Notes under the pieces: model-generated
Told to the model about the DNA's origin: nothing
Database searches by the model: none
What the model saw: only the letters and a program-made list of their open reading frames with translations
Shown: positions 1 to 9,966 of the stretch, piece by piece
Layout: each line of letters opens with the position of its first letter
How positions within the stretch are numbered: the stretch's first letter is position 1
DNA from: Chloroflexia bacterium
GTDB taxonomy: Bacteria > Chloroflexota > Chloroflexia > Chloroheliales > Chloroheliaceae
Length of the DNA: 64,000 bases
Assembly (NCBI GenBank): GCA_036261665.1
Contig: DATAKM010000133.1
Span: 255 to 64,254, forward strand
Reading direction: 5' to 3'
Program-made: the position numbers and the translations under genes

Positions 1-945
1 GCTACTCACTCTGACCGCCTGTTCCTGAACCTGTTCGACCAGGCTGCCCAGTCGAGCGATGCTCTGGTTAAAGGTGTGAGCCAGTTGGCCGAACTGATCT
101 CGGTTAGGCACATCCAGGCCGCTTTCGAGGTCGCCATCGGCCAGTTTAATAAGACGTGTGCGGAGGCGTTCGACCGGACGAGTAAAGACGTAGGTGAGTA
201 AAGTGCCGGCGGCGATGGCCAGTACCAGCGCGACCAACCCGGCTATCAGGAGGGTCCATTGCGATAACTGCTTGGCGTTACTGGCGTCTACTATCGCCGA
301 TTTGCTCTCTTTATCAGCTTTGCTAACCAGGTTATCCAGGTCCTGGCTGAAGAAGTGCACGGTATTGCGGCCATCAACCAGCGACTTAGAAAGCTCTTGC
401 CAGGTATTTAAGGCCGCCTCTGGGTGAGGACTTTGGACATCTGAAACCCACTTATCCGATTGGTTGATCAGCTTCAGAAAGGTATTATCGATCAGGTTAT
501 AAAATGGAGCAGCATTCGACACACTGGCGTCATTCATAAATAAGGTACGTTCGGAGTCAAGAATACGGCTGCGTATTTTAAAGAGGTCATTTTTATACCG
601 GACATAATCCCTGAAGTTGGAATTTGATAGAGAGAGGGCTGCACTTTGAGTGAGGTTGCCTTTCGGCACCTCAAGTACATTGGTTTCGATTGTATTGAGA
701 TTGGCAGAAAAATCATAAACGGACTGTTCAAACTCAGCTACGTTATAGTTGAGCAGAGTGGCCTTTGCGACTTTCTGCTGAGAGGAAGAGACCTGGTTAA
801 TCTTTCCTCCCAGATCGTCAATAACAATGATACTCAGTACCGTCAGTACCAACAGAAAAAAAGCAATGATAAGGAAGCCAACGATTAGTTTGGTGCGCAC
901 GCTAAAATGGCTTCGCTGAATTGCATGAATAAGAGAATAACGCAT
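1..945 (-). CDS. Methyl-accepting chemotaxis protein (5' part; runs off the window start)
   Basis: Not in the ORF track; translated by hand from ATG at 945: MRYSLIHAIQRSHFSVRTKLIVGFLIIAFFLLVLTVLSII (TM1), ~200-aa extracellular region, TM2 WTLLIAGLVALVLAIAAGTLLTYVF, HAMP TRPVERLRTRLIKLADGDLESGLDVPNRDQFGQLAHTFNQ, then MCP-like LVEQVQEQAVRVSS. Frame is open to position 1. Confidence 0.85.
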   Translation of the reverse strand, partial: MRYSLIHAIQRSHFSVRTKLIVGFLIIAFFLLVLTVLSIIVIDDLGGKINQVSSSQQKVAKATLLNYNVAEFEQSVYDFSANLNTIETNVLEVPKGNLTQSAALSLSNSNFRDYVRYKNDLFKIRSRILDSERTLFMNDASVSNAAPFYNLIDNTFLKLINQSDKWVSDVQSPHPEAALNTWQELSKSLVDGRNTVHFFSQDLDNLVSKADKESKSAIVDASNAKQLSQWTLLIAGLVALVLAIAAGTLLTYVFTRPVERLRTRLIKLADGDLESGLDVPNRDQFGQLAHTFNQSIARLGSLVEQVQEQAVRVSS

Positions 946-1135
946 AGCTGGAACGTACCTTTCAGGCTGATTCTTTAGTTATTAAATTGTAAGCATCGAT
1001 TAAACGTTTACAAGCGAGACTCATACCTCTATTTTAGTAATATATATTCTACTTCATTTGTTACGGTTTGAATGTTACATTTTTGTAAATTTTTAAGGCT
1101 ACGGCCTTGTTAGATTGAGGGGTTTTCTTCAAGGC

Positions 1136-1158
1136 AAAAGGCAGGCTTTTAGCCTGCC
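1136..1158 (-). terminator. Probable intrinsic terminator after the cupin genes
   Basis: GGCAGGCT-TTT-AGCCTGCC hairpin with an adjacent A-run (U-tract on the minus strand), ~30 nt past the stop at 1187. Confidence 0.55.
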
Positions 1159-1186
1159 CCTGATTTTTGTCTATAAATCCGCTTAC

Positions 1187-1549
1187 TTAATCAAGTTTGC
1201 TTACGCCAACGAAATCAAGACCGATGCATGGCTCATCGCCCAGGACCCAGGCATCGTGACCGGGAGCGTGAATTGCGATATCACCCGGTCCCAGGTCAAA
1301 TTCACTGCCATCATCCATCCGAGTACGTAGCCGCCCTGAAATAATGTAGGTAAAGTGAGTACCCTGGCAGCTATCCGTCCCGGCAACTGGCTTCATTTGC
1401 TCGGACCATTTCCAGCCCGGCTCCCAGGTTGCTCTCTCGATGGGCATTTGCCCGAAATTGACAATTTCCACCCGTAATTTAGGGAGGTTAATCACTTCGT
1501 CAGGTTCGTTGAAACTCTTTTTCTGGGAGTTCCTTTGCGTGGTGGTCAT
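1187..1549 (-). CDS. Cupin domain protein (~120 aa)
   Basis: MTTTQRNSQKKSFNEPDE...EPGWKWSE...SCQGTHFTYIISGRL...APGHDAWVLGDEPC is a typical small cupin. Start moved to the ATG at 1549, which follows an AGAAAGG RBS. Confidence 0.85.
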   Translation of the reverse strand: MTTTQRNSQKKSFNEPDEVINLPKLRVEIVNFGQMPIERATWEPGWKWSEQMKPVAGTDSCQGTHFTYIISGRLRTRMDDGSEFDLGPGDIAIHAPGHDAWVLGDEPCIGLDFVGVSKLD

Positions 1550-1635
1550 GTTAAATTCTGCCTTTCTACTCGTTATTAGTCTACCGGTTACTTGCTGCTC
1601 GCTCCAGCCAGGCTCAATAAGCAATCTGGCTTCTG

Positions 1636-1947
1636 CTACTGCTTCAACTCGACTATGATGCCTCGATCCACCGTTTCACCGATATTCCTGACTTCGTGTG
1701 TGGTTCCATCAGTCCAGGTTACATCTCCTTCATGGGCTGTAACCTCGCGGCTAGTTCCATCTGGAAAGGAGAAGACTACACGAGACGAATTAAGGGCATA
1801 AATCACACTGGCCGGGTGAATATGCATCTCGCTGGTCTCTCCGGGTTTAATCTGGACATCCAGCACTCTGACCCGCTCATTTTCAAAGAGAACGCGATGC
1901 CCCATGGGCGCCGCTAACACATTTAATTTAGCTTCCTGATTTTGCAT
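1636..1947 (-). CDS. Cupin domain protein (103 aa)
   Basis: VLFENERVRVLDVQIKPGETSEMHIHP...THEVRNIG cupin motifs; GGAG RBS upstream. Confidence 0.85.
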   Translation of the reverse strand: MQNQEAKLNVLAAPMGHRVLFENERVRVLDVQIKPGETSEMHIHPASVIYALNSSRVVFSFPDGTSREVTAHEGDVTWTDGTTHEVRNIGETVDRGIIVELKQ

Positions 1948-2056
1948 ACTTCACACTCCATTCTGGCCGCAACTGTTCTTAAGTTGTTCGGGCCGTAATT
2001 CTTAACAAAAACCCTGAAGTGAGGATAGCTCAATTAAAGCCGCTTGCCATTGTGGA

Positions 2057-2137
2057 AAGTACTAATTTGGAGAGGTTTAGAGTACCTACTTTTAAGAGAG
2101 GAGGATAAGTACCGCTTCAGGAGTCAGGGTAAGTACC
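2057..2137 (-). promoter_or_regulatory. Four phased AGTAC boxes, putative binding sites of the adjacent LuxR-AAA regulator
   Basis: AGTAC at 2058, 2081, 2108 and 2132 (spacing 23, 27, 24); the last two share TAAGTACCG. They lie between the regulator stop and the cupin genes. Confidence 0.45.
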
Positions 2138-2168
2138 GAGCTTTTCAGGCTGAATTAAGAACTGAGTT

Positions 2169-5100
2169 TCACGGTCTGCTAATACTACCTTTTTCAATTG
2201 CCCAGACTGCAATTTGCGCTCTGGTGGAAAAACCCAGCTTTCCCAGGATATTACTAACATGCGCTTCGGCCGTCCGTTCACTCACCATCAGAAGATTGGC
2301 AATTTCCCGGTTAGTTTTCCCCGAAGCGACCAGCGCCGCAACCTCTCGCTCACGGGCAGTAAGAGTGCTCGGTGTCGAAATGACTTTTTCGGCGGGTAAA
2401 AGGCCGGAAGTTGTTTCTAAAAAAAGCTCGCGAAGATATTTCTCATCAATTGTAGCAGCCAGCTTTTGGACTATTTCACGAGCCACCTTCCACTCTTGCT
2501 GGGCATGGTTCTCACGTTTAAGCTGGCGATATGCTTGCCCCAGCAAACAACGGATGCGCCAGTTGATTGAAGGAGCCTGGCGTTGTTCCGCTCCCTGCCT
2601 GGCCTCCTCCAGCGCCACCACTGCTTCATTGAAACGTTCCAGGGATAGCAAGGCTTCACCCTTCAGGGCCAGTAGATGGGGAATTGGCTGGAGCTTTTCG
2701 TCTCCGGGGACTGTCTCAAGCAACATATCGGCTATTTGTAAGGCCAGGGCCGGTTCGTTTCGGCTTATGGCAAGCAGACCCTTTACCCTGAAAGCCTGCC
2801 GTTCAAAATAATCTGCGGGTAACTGCCCGGCAGGAATAGCTTTCTGAAGAGTTGCTTCGGCTCGCTCAAAATCTTTATTTAAGATATAAGCCGAGGCCAG
2901 GTATGGCGTTAACAGCCGCAGCCAGATCATCGAGCCCAGCGCCTGCGCTCCTGCTATGGCGGCTTCCAGGTGAGAGACAGCCTGGCCAGGTTCCAGCAGC
3001 AGGAGATAGATTTGTCCCAGAATACCGTTAGTGGCTGCTATCCACTCCTGATGCTCGATAGCGTTTGCTATCCTGAGCGCTTCGCGGGCGTGAGCAAAGG
3101 CCTGACCGAAATCCCCAAAGGAAGCCTGGACCAGGCTGTAGCACATTTCTACAAAAGCCAGGCCGGACTGGGAATTAATCTGGCGGGCCAGTTGCAAAGC
3201 TTCCTCAACATCTAGCAGGCACTCGGTCCTTGTTCTAAGCGAACTGAAGGTGGTTTCAAGGTTTTCCGGAGAAGAGTCCATGGCTCTGGCAGCCAGGGTG
3301 TAGAAAAGACTATGATTGTTACCAAGCTCTCGAAAAAGCTCAATGACCCGGCCAAAAAACTCTTTTACTCCCCTGGCGGGATCACCCATAAAAAAATAAG
3401 CCGCTCCAAGTTGCTCCAGCGCTTCAGCCATGCCCTGGCGCTCGTTTAGCCTTTCGAAAAGCCGGTTTGCCCCCTCAAGAGAGGTAATTGTCTCTCGGAT
3501 TTGTCCTTTATTAAGGTACCAGTTGCCCAACCGGGCCAGGCTCCAGGCATTTAAGCTAAGATCTCCCAGTTTCTCGGACAACCCCAGGGCTTGCTGGAAC
3601 CACTCGCCTGCCTGTTCGTAATTGTATCCCGTCCAGAGGTAGCCTGTAGCAAGAATACTTTCCCATTCCAGCTTATGCTGCTGAGTAGCCCTGGCGGCTT
3701 CCCTGGCGCTTTCGTAATCTTCTCTGGCATGCTCGAAATCTCCCAGCGTTTCGTAGGCCTTGCCCCGCGCCAGATAGAGTTCGGCAGCGGGGGGTTGCCC
3801 CAGGTGACGGACGGCCTTTAGTGCCCTGGTCAGGTGTTCTATAGCCGCTTGCTGGGCATAGAGGGCCAGGGCTTTTTCTCCTGATTCGCGCGAATACTTA
3901 AGCGCTTTTTCCCACATTTCTGCTTCGTAGCAGTGATAAGCCAGGTCCTCCAGGTATTTTTCTTTTAAAGGTGAGGATTGAGCTAACCGTTCCAGGCTCC
4001 GGGCAAGACTGCGGTGCAAGACCTGCCGTTCTCGCAACAGGATCTGAGATACCACCGCCTGCTGAGTCAGGGCATGGCGAAAAGCAAATTGCTCCGCACT
4101 CTCTTCCACTACCAGTTGGGCACCGGTCAGTTCCTTTAACAAAACCAGCAGTTTTTCTTCCTTCCACTGAAGAATTTCTTGCAGGAGCGTAATGTTAAAG
4201 CGCCGCCCGGCCACAGCCGCAAGAGTCAAAAGGCGCCGGGCCTGGGGACTAAGGCCACTTACTCGCAGGTAGACCGCTTCAAAGATACTGCGCGGTATCT
4301 CTGTCCGCGTAACCTGAGGCGGATTATCCCTGCTTTTGGTTGTAAACGCAGACTGACCTCCCGTAAGCAGCGTTTTAAGAAGTTCTTCCACAAAGAAGGG
4401 GTTGCCTTCGGCCAGGGCATAAAGGGAGTCCAGGAGATTAACTCCGTTTGGCTGATCCTCGCCCAGAATATTTTGCAACATACTCGCTACTTCTTGCCGT
4501 GAAAGCGGAGTCAGGAAAAACTCTTCGGCAATATGCTCCCGGTCAAGCTCCGCGAGCCACCGCCGCATAGACTGCGGGAGTTCATCATTCCGAAAAGTAG
4601 CGATCAACATGAGCGGTTTATCGCGGTTACGCCGAGCCAGATATAGTAAAAGTTCAAGGCTGAGATCATCGCTCCAGTGGAGGTCTTCCAGAACCACCAG
4701 GACAGGTTGCCGGGCCGCCTGCCAGGTCAGAAAGTAGTCAACGGCTGCGAAAAGCTTTCGTTTTTCTTCTTCAGGCTGAAAGTTAGAGCCGGGAGTAGTC
4801 GTAAGTTCGGGGAAAAGAAAAGCCAGTTCGGGCAATAGCGGCGAAAAAGCCAGCGCAACCGGGCGTAAAGATTCGGGCAGGTTTTTTGGAGTCAGCGCGG
4901 CAAAATACGTTCGGAAGAGGTCAAGCCAGGGAGCGTAGGGAAAAGCTCCATCAGTTTGAAAACAAGATCCTTCCAGTCGTAAAAAATTAAGCTGGCGGGT
5001 CCAGTTTTTGAATTCAGCCACCAGGCGAGATTTACCAATGCCCGCTTCACCTTTTACGATAACCAGTTGCCCCTGACCGCGCAGAACCTGCTGAGCCATT

Positions 5101-5177
5101 CCTTGCAGGCGAGCCTGCGCCTCTCCGCGACCAATAAGAACAGGGCAAATCCCTTTTATGGTTGAAAAAGATTCCAT
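2169..5177 (-). CDS. LuxR-family STAND regulator (AAA_16 ATPase, TPR, C-terminal LuxR HTH; MalT/LAL-like)
   Basis: Walker A GEAGIGKS, Walker B LVVLEDLHW, GNPFFVEE, TPR-like helices, C-terminal LTAREREVAALVASGKTNREIA...HVSNILGKLG. Start taken at MESFSTIK. Confidence 0.92.
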   Translation of the reverse strand: MESFSTIKGICPVLIGRGEAQARLQGMAQQVLRGQGQLVIVKGEAGIGKSRLVAEFKNWTRQLNFLRLEGSCFQTDGAFPYAPWLDLFRTYFAALTPKNLPESLRPVALAFSPLLPELAFLFPELTTTPGSNFQPEEEKRKLFAAVDYFLTWQAARQPVLVVLEDLHWSDDLSLELLLYLARRNRDKPLMLIATFRNDELPQSMRRWLAELDREHIAEEFFLTPLSRQEVASMLQNILGEDQPNGVNLLDSLYALAEGNPFFVEELLKTLLTGGQSAFTTKSRDNPPQVTRTEIPRSIFEAVYLRVSGLSPQARRLLTLAAVAGRRFNITLLQEILQWKEEKLLVLLKELTGAQLVVEESAEQFAFRHALTQQAVVSQILLRERQVLHRSLARSLERLAQSSPLKEKYLEDLAYHCYEAEMWEKALKYSRESGEKALALYAQQAAIEHLTRALKAVRHLGQPPAAELYLARGKAYETLGDFEHAREDYESAREAARATQQHKLEWESILATGYLWTGYNYEQAGEWFQQALGLSEKLGDLSLNAWSLARLGNWYLNKGQIRETITSLEGANRLFERLNERQGMAEALEQLGAAYFFMGDPARGVKEFFGRVIELFRELGNNHSLFYTLAARAMDSSPENLETTFSSLRTRTECLLDVEEALQLARQINSQSGLAFVEMCYSLVQASFGDFGQAFAHAREALRIANAIEHQEWIAATNGILGQIYLLLLEPGQAVSHLEAAIAGAQALGSMIWLRLLTPYLASAYILNKDFERAEATLQKAIPAGQLPADYFERQAFRVKGLLAISRNEPALALQIADMLLETVPGDEKLQPIPHLLALKGEALLSLERFNEAVVALEEARQGAEQRQAPSINWRIRCLLGQAYRQLKRENHAQQEWKVAREIVQKLAATIDEKYLRELFLETTSGLLPAEKVISTPSTLTAREREVAALVASGKTNREIANLLMVSERTAEAHVSNILGKLGFSTRAQIAVWAIEKGSISRP

Positions 5178-5696
5178 AATGAGTTTCCCGCTTGAATGCC
5201 TGGCCTGGTCTGGCGATACCTTGCCGGAAAGTAGGCTCTGTTGCGCTTCTTCTCGCCCATCAGGGAGAAAGGCGGTAAAACAAGGGAGTTGAAAGAAGGC
5301 AGGCAAGGTCCGGTATTTCAGTTTAGATTATTCATCCGGTCTAATTTATCTTATATTTGTAATAACCATAGCGGTATTGCGGATAGGAGTCAAGTTAAAG
5401 AAGTTTGTTTTCCTCTTTACTGTTTATGTTATAATAATTTCATACGCACTTAAAGATTATAAATACCAATTTATTCAAAAGTAATCTTTTTTGCTCGCAA
5501 AATATTAATTTTCTTGAATAATCCGGCAATTTTCTAACTGTAAAGTTAACCATACCATTACTTATTCTACTAACGACCTCTTTTTTCTTCGCTTAGTTCT
5601 TCTCCATCTGCACGACTGGCAACACCCCTGGTTTAGCGTGATCGCATAACAGGTAGTAGGCTTATCAACCCTTAATGTACCGGAGAAACATGGTTT

Positions 5697-8507
5697 ATGA
5701 GAAAACTAATTGCTTCGCTGTGTAGCAGTATTCTTTGCGCTACTCTGCTACTTTCCACCTTTCTTACCATCGATATCCAGACTTCCCAGGCCGCCCCTGA
5801 TGGCAAGCAGAATGGACCGGAAGTTAACGCTGCCGTCCAGCACGATACTTCACCGCCCTTGCGCGGTATGAGTTCCCAGTCACCGGGCGCAGAGAAGCAC
5901 AAGGAAAAACCGCTCCGCCCTTTCCCCGGTGCCAGGTCCAATAACTCCAAGCCTGACGGCGCTCTCCAATCCACTGCTGGCCCGCTGGTTAGCACTACCA
6001 ACGGTTTGAACTTTGCCGGTGTGGGTAATGGCGACTACGGCTTTACCCCCAGCGCCGCCCCGCCGGATACCAACGGGGCTGTCGGTGCTACCCAGTACGT
6101 GCAGTGGGTTAATTCGTCCTTTGCCGTTTTCGACAAAGCTACCGGCGCTATCGCCGCAGGCTTCCCCAAAACCGGTAATACTCTCTGGTCAGGTTTTGGC
6201 GGCGGCTGCCAGACCAACAACGATGGTGACCCGATTGTCCAGTACGATAAAGCGGCCAACCGCTGGGTTCTTACCCAGTTCTCGGTCAGTACTACTCCTT
6301 ACCTGGAATGTGTGGCCGTTTCCACCACTTCGGATGCTACCGGCAGCTATAATCGCTATGCTTTCAGCTACGGCACCGGCTTTAACGATTACCCGAAACT
6401 GAGTGTCTGGCCCGACGGCTACTACATCACTTTCAACATGTTTACTAACGGCCAGACTTTTGCCGGCGCTAAAGTTTGCGCCTACGACCGCAACAGCATG
6501 CTGTCCGGCGCGGCCGCTACGCAGCAGTGTTTTAATACCAGCACCAGTTATGGCGGCTTACTGCCCTCCGACCTGGACGGCAGCACTGCTCCGCCTGCCG
6601 GTTCGCCAAACTACGTTTTGAACTACGGCAGCAACTCCCTGAACCTGTGGAAGTTCCATGTTGACTGGGCTACTCCGGCCAATTCCACCTTTACCGGTCC
6701 CACCACTATCCCGGTAGCGGCTTTCTCCCCGGCCTGTAACGGTGGCGGCACCTGTATTCCCCAATCCGGCACTTCCCAGCAACTCGACTCACTGGCCGAC
6801 CGCATGATGTACCGCCTGGCCTACCGCAATTTTGGCGACCATGAGTCGCTGGTGGTCAATCATTCGGTTACCGCCGGGAGCAGTGTCGGCGTCCGCTGGT
6901 ATGAATTACGCAGCCCCGGCGCGGCCTCGCCGACAGTTTACCAGCAAAGCACTTTTGCCCCTGATAGCACTTACCGCTGGATGGGCAGCGTGGCGATGGA
7001 CAAGCAGGGTAATATCGCGCTGGGCTATAGCGCTTCCAGCAGCAGCATATTCCCTTCCATTCGCTATACCGGGCGCCTGGCTACCGATGCCCTGAATACA
7101 ATGGAAACTGAAAACAGTATAATCACCGGTGGTGGTTCTCAGAGCGGGAGCAACCTCAGCCGCTGGGGTGACTACAGCGCCATGACGGTTGACCCGGTAG
7201 ACGATTGTACTTTCTGGTACACCAACGAATATCTCAAGAGCACCGGGGCCTTTAACTGGAGTACCCGGATTGCTTCATTCAAATTTCCCGGCTGTGGTTC
7301 AACCACCACTAACGACTTCTCGATCAGTGCCAGCCCGACCAGCCTGAGCCTTAACCTGTCCAGCAGCGGGACCAGCACCATCAGTACGGCTACTACCTCA
7401 GGCTCGGCCCAGACCGTTTCCCTGAGTGTCTCCGGTGTGCCCGCCGGCGCCAGCGCCAGTTTCAACCCGACTTCGGTCACTTCGGGTGGTTCTTCGACCC
7501 TGACCGTCAATAGCGGGACGGCTAGCCCTGGTACTTACACTCTGACCGTGACCGGTACGGGCAGCAGCGCCACGCATACTACCAGTATCAGTCTGACCGT
7601 AAATTCAACCACTTCGACCGGGATTACCAACGGCGGCTTTGAAACTGGCAGCCTGAGTGGCTGGACTTCCGCCGGCAGCACCAGCGTGGTTAGCAGCGGG
7701 GCGCATAGCGGGACTTATGCCGCCAGAGTCGGCGCTACCACCGCCACTAACGGCGATAGTTCGATCAACCAGACTTTCACTGCCCCGAGCGGGAGCAACC
7801 AACTGAGCTTCTGGTATAAAGTAACATGCCCCGATACGGTTACTTACGACTGGGCTACCGCTACCCTTAAAGATAACACCGCCGCTACCACCAGCACAGT
7901 CCTGGCAAAAACCTGTACCAATAACAACACCTGGGCCCAGGTTACCACAGCGTTAACGGCCGGTCACAGTTATACTCTGACCCTTGTTTCTCACGACGAC
8001 AATTATTCCAGCGACCCGACCTATACGCTCTACGACGATGTAGCGATTAACGCCGTCACTCCTCCTCCAGCGGGAGTGGTAAACGGTGGCTTTGAGACTG
8101 GCAGCCTGAGTGGCTGGACTTCCGCCGGTACCACCGGCGTGGTCAACAGCGGCGCGCATAGCGGGACTTATGCCGCTCGCCTGGGTTCCACCTCTCCTAC
8201 CAACGGGGATAGCACCATTACCCAGACCTTCAGTGCCCCCACCGGTACCACCAAGTTGAGCCTGTGGTACAACCTAACCTGTCCCGATACGGTTACTTAC
8301 GACTGGGCTACCGTAACGCTCAAAGATAACACCGGCGGCACCACCACTACGGTTTTACCAAAAACCTGTACAAATAATGCCACCTGGGTTAATCTGACGG
8401 CCACTATTGTCGCCGGTCATTCCTATACTCTAACGCTCGTCTCGCACGATGATAACTACTCGGGCGATCCGACCTATACGCTCTACGATGATGTCGTGAC
8501 CCAGTAG
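5697..8507 (+). CDS. Large secreted protein: uncharacterised N-terminal domain, Ser/Thr-rich Ig-like domain, two CBM-like repeats
   Basis: Signal peptide MRKLIASLCSSILCATLLLS...SQAA; motifs PPDTNGAVG..YVQWVN, GDPIVQYD, DYPK, RWGDYS; two ~150-aa NGGFETGSLSGW...TLYDDV repeats. Confidence 0.8.
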   Translation: MRKLIASLCSSILCATLLLSTFLTIDIQTSQAAPDGKQNGPEVNAAVQHDTSPPLRGMSSQSPGAEKHKEKPLRPFPGARSNNSKPDGALQSTAGPLVSTTNGLNFAGVGNGDYGFTPSAAPPDTNGAVGATQYVQWVNSSFAVFDKATGAIAAGFPKTGNTLWSGFGGGCQTNNDGDPIVQYDKAANRWVLTQFSVSTTPYLECVAVSTTSDATGSYNRYAFSYGTGFNDYPKLSVWPDGYYITFNMFTNGQTFAGAKVCAYDRNSMLSGAAATQQCFNTSTSYGGLLPSDLDGSTAPPAGSPNYVLNYGSNSLNLWKFHVDWATPANSTFTGPTTIPVAAFSPACNGGGTCIPQSGTSQQLDSLADRMMYRLAYRNFGDHESLVVNHSVTAGSSVGVRWYELRSPGAASPTVYQQSTFAPDSTYRWMGSVAMDKQGNIALGYSASSSSIFPSIRYTGRLATDALNTMETENSIITGGGSQSGSNLSRWGDYSAMTVDPVDDCTFWYTNEYLKSTGAFNWSTRIASFKFPGCGSTTTNDFSISASPTSLSLNLSSSGTSTISTATTSGSAQTVSLSVSGVPAGASASFNPTSVTSGGSSTLTVNSGTASPGTYTLTVTGTGSSATHTTSISLTVNSTTSTGITNGGFETGSLSGWTSAGSTSVVSSGAHSGTYAARVGATTATNGDSSINQTFTAPSGSNQLSFWYKVTCPDTVTYDWATATLKDNTAATTSTVLAKTCTNNNTWAQVTTALTAGHSYTLTLVSHDDNYSSDPTYTLYDDVAINAVTPPPAGVVNGGFETGSLSGWTSAGTTGVVNSGAHSGTYAARLGSTSPTNGDSTITQTFSAPTGTTKLSLWYNLTCPDTVTYDWATVTLKDNTGGTTTTVLPKTCTNNATWVNLTATIVAGHSYTLTLVSHDDNYSGDPTYTLYDDVVTQ
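7627..8494 (+). repeat. Intragenic tandem duplication (~450-bp unit) encoding two carbohydrate-binding-like domains
   Basis: Long identical DNA stretches in both copies, e.g. ACTGGCAGCCTGAGTGGCTGGACTTCCGCCGG and CCCGATACGGTTACTTACGACTGGGCTACCG. Confidence 0.9.
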
Positions 8508-8590
8508 TCGCGGCGCTATTCCCTGCCCTGTGCCTGGAGTGGGGAATAGCCAAACAAAGCTCATCCTGTGTTTCGGGATGAACCGGAAAT

Positions 8591-8651
8591 AAAGAGACCT
8601 CCCGAACCTAGCTGGTTTACTGAAAACCAGAATAGCCGGGAGGTTTCTTTT
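8591..8651. terminator. Bidirectional terminator-like hairpin between convergent genes
   Basis: AAAGAGACCTCCCG (8591-8604) pairs with CGGGAGGTTTCTTT (8637-8650); inner CTGGTTT/AAACCAG stem. Confidence 0.65.
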
Positions 8652-8685
8652 ATATTGAGTTTTCTTCGATTAAAAGGGAGAAGAC

Positions 8686-9084
8686 TTAGGATTCATATTT
8701 CTGGAGGGCGTCTGCGCTGGCTGGTCTGAAAAAATTGACCAGGTTGCCGTCAGGGTCGCGGAACAGCAGGGAGCGATTCCCCCACGGCATAGTTTTAGGT
8801 TCCATCACAAATTCGTTGATAGTGTTCTTTAGCTTTTCATATTCCTGGTCAACGTCATTCACCAGAAACTCGATGATCACACTATGGTTCTGAGCCGGGG
8901 AAGCAGCGTTTGCTCCAAACAGCCCGACCGTTCGCATGCTCGCTATCGCGAGAATAGAGGAAGGCGAAGCCAGTTCCGCAAAATCTTCCGTATACCATTT
9001 CGATGATAGGCCTGTAACCTGTTCATAGAAGTTAACCAGACGTTTTACGTCGCCGGTAATGACGCGGATTGAGACGAAGTTCAT
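8686..9084 (-). CDS. VOC/glyoxalase/bleomycin-resistance family protein
   Basis: MNFVSIRVITGDVKRLVNFYEQVTG...EPKTMPWGNRSLLFRDPDGNLVNFF; AAAGGAA RBS before the ATG at 9084. Confidence 0.9.
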   Translation of the reverse strand: MNFVSIRVITGDVKRLVNFYEQVTGLSSKWYTEDFAELASPSSILAIASMRTVGLFGANAASPAQNHSVIIEFLVNDVDQEYEKLKNTINEFVMEPKTMPWGNRSLLFRDPDGNLVNFFRPASADALQKYES

Positions 9085-9119
9085 AAAAGTTCCTTTCTTG
9101 CATTTTTGTACCGTCTGCA

Positions 9120-9138
9120 CTACGCTACGGTAGCGTAG
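9120..9138. promoter_or_regulatory. Putative TetR operator
   Basis: Perfect palindrome CTACGCTAC-G-GTAGCGTAG between the divergent VOC and TetR genes, followed by a degenerate second copy (AGCGCAACGGTAGTGTA). Confidence 0.7.
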
Positions 9139-9247
9139 CGCAACGGTAGTGTATCATATAAACAAAGAGAGCGTCAAGCGGTGGTGAAGAGAGATGTCGT
9201 TCGTTCAGTCCAGGAAAGGAAACCAATGAACGTAGGAAGGGAAATCA

Positions 9248-9823
9248 ATGAACAGCAGTACTAATCCTCCCATCGATGAGCGGGTTCGGCGCTCAAAGGA
9301 GAGTGTCCTTAGGGCGACTTCTGAGCTCTTGACCGAAAGCGGGTTGGGTGGAGTCAGCGTCGAGGAAGTTTCTCGCCGGTCCGGGGTGGCGAAGACCACG
9401 ATTTATCGTCACTGGGCAACTCGCGAAGATCTTGTGATTGATGCCTGTTCCCGGTTAAACACCAAACAGGACGTGCCCGATACGGGCAGTTTCGAAGGTG
9501 ATATAACGGCTTTCCTCATGAGCATGGCCACCCTTTTGGGTACGGCTAGATGGTCTTCAGTCGTGCCATCGATTGTCGATGCCGCCGAGCGCGATCCTGA
9601 GATTGCCCAGATTCACAGCATCATTCAAAGGGGACATGCTGCGCCATTGCAAGAGATTATCGCACGCGCCGTGCGTAATGGCGAAATACCGATGAGCACC
9701 GATCCGTCTACCCTGATCGCAGAGCTTCTCGGTCCTCTCTTTTATCGCCGCTGGTTCTCTCGCGAGCCTCTTGACGGTACGTTCGTGAAAGCCATTGTCC
9801 AAAATGTCATCAGTCAGCTATGA
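9248..9823 (+). CDS. TetR/AcrR family transcriptional regulator
   Basis: HTH VSVEEVSRRSGVAKTTIYRHW; C-terminal PDTGSFEGD...GPLFYR. Confidence 0.93.
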   Translation: MNSSTNPPIDERVRRSKESVLRATSELLTESGLGGVSVEEVSRRSGVAKTTIYRHWATREDLVIDACSRLNTKQDVPDTGSFEGDITAFLMSMATLLGTARWSSVVPSIVDAAERDPEIAQIHSIIQRGHAAPLQEIIARAVRNGEIPMSTDPSTLIAELLGPLFYRRWFSREPLDGTFVKAIVQNVISQL

Positions 9824-9966
9824 GAGAGCAGATTGGCGACCAGAACCTCAGTGCAGATGCCCCAACGTGTTTTGGCCATCGTGATGGCTGGCCTGTCACC
9901 TGCCATCACTGTTACTTGACCGGCGCTCAGGTGTAATGACATCAATGAAAGGTTCTCATTAATATT

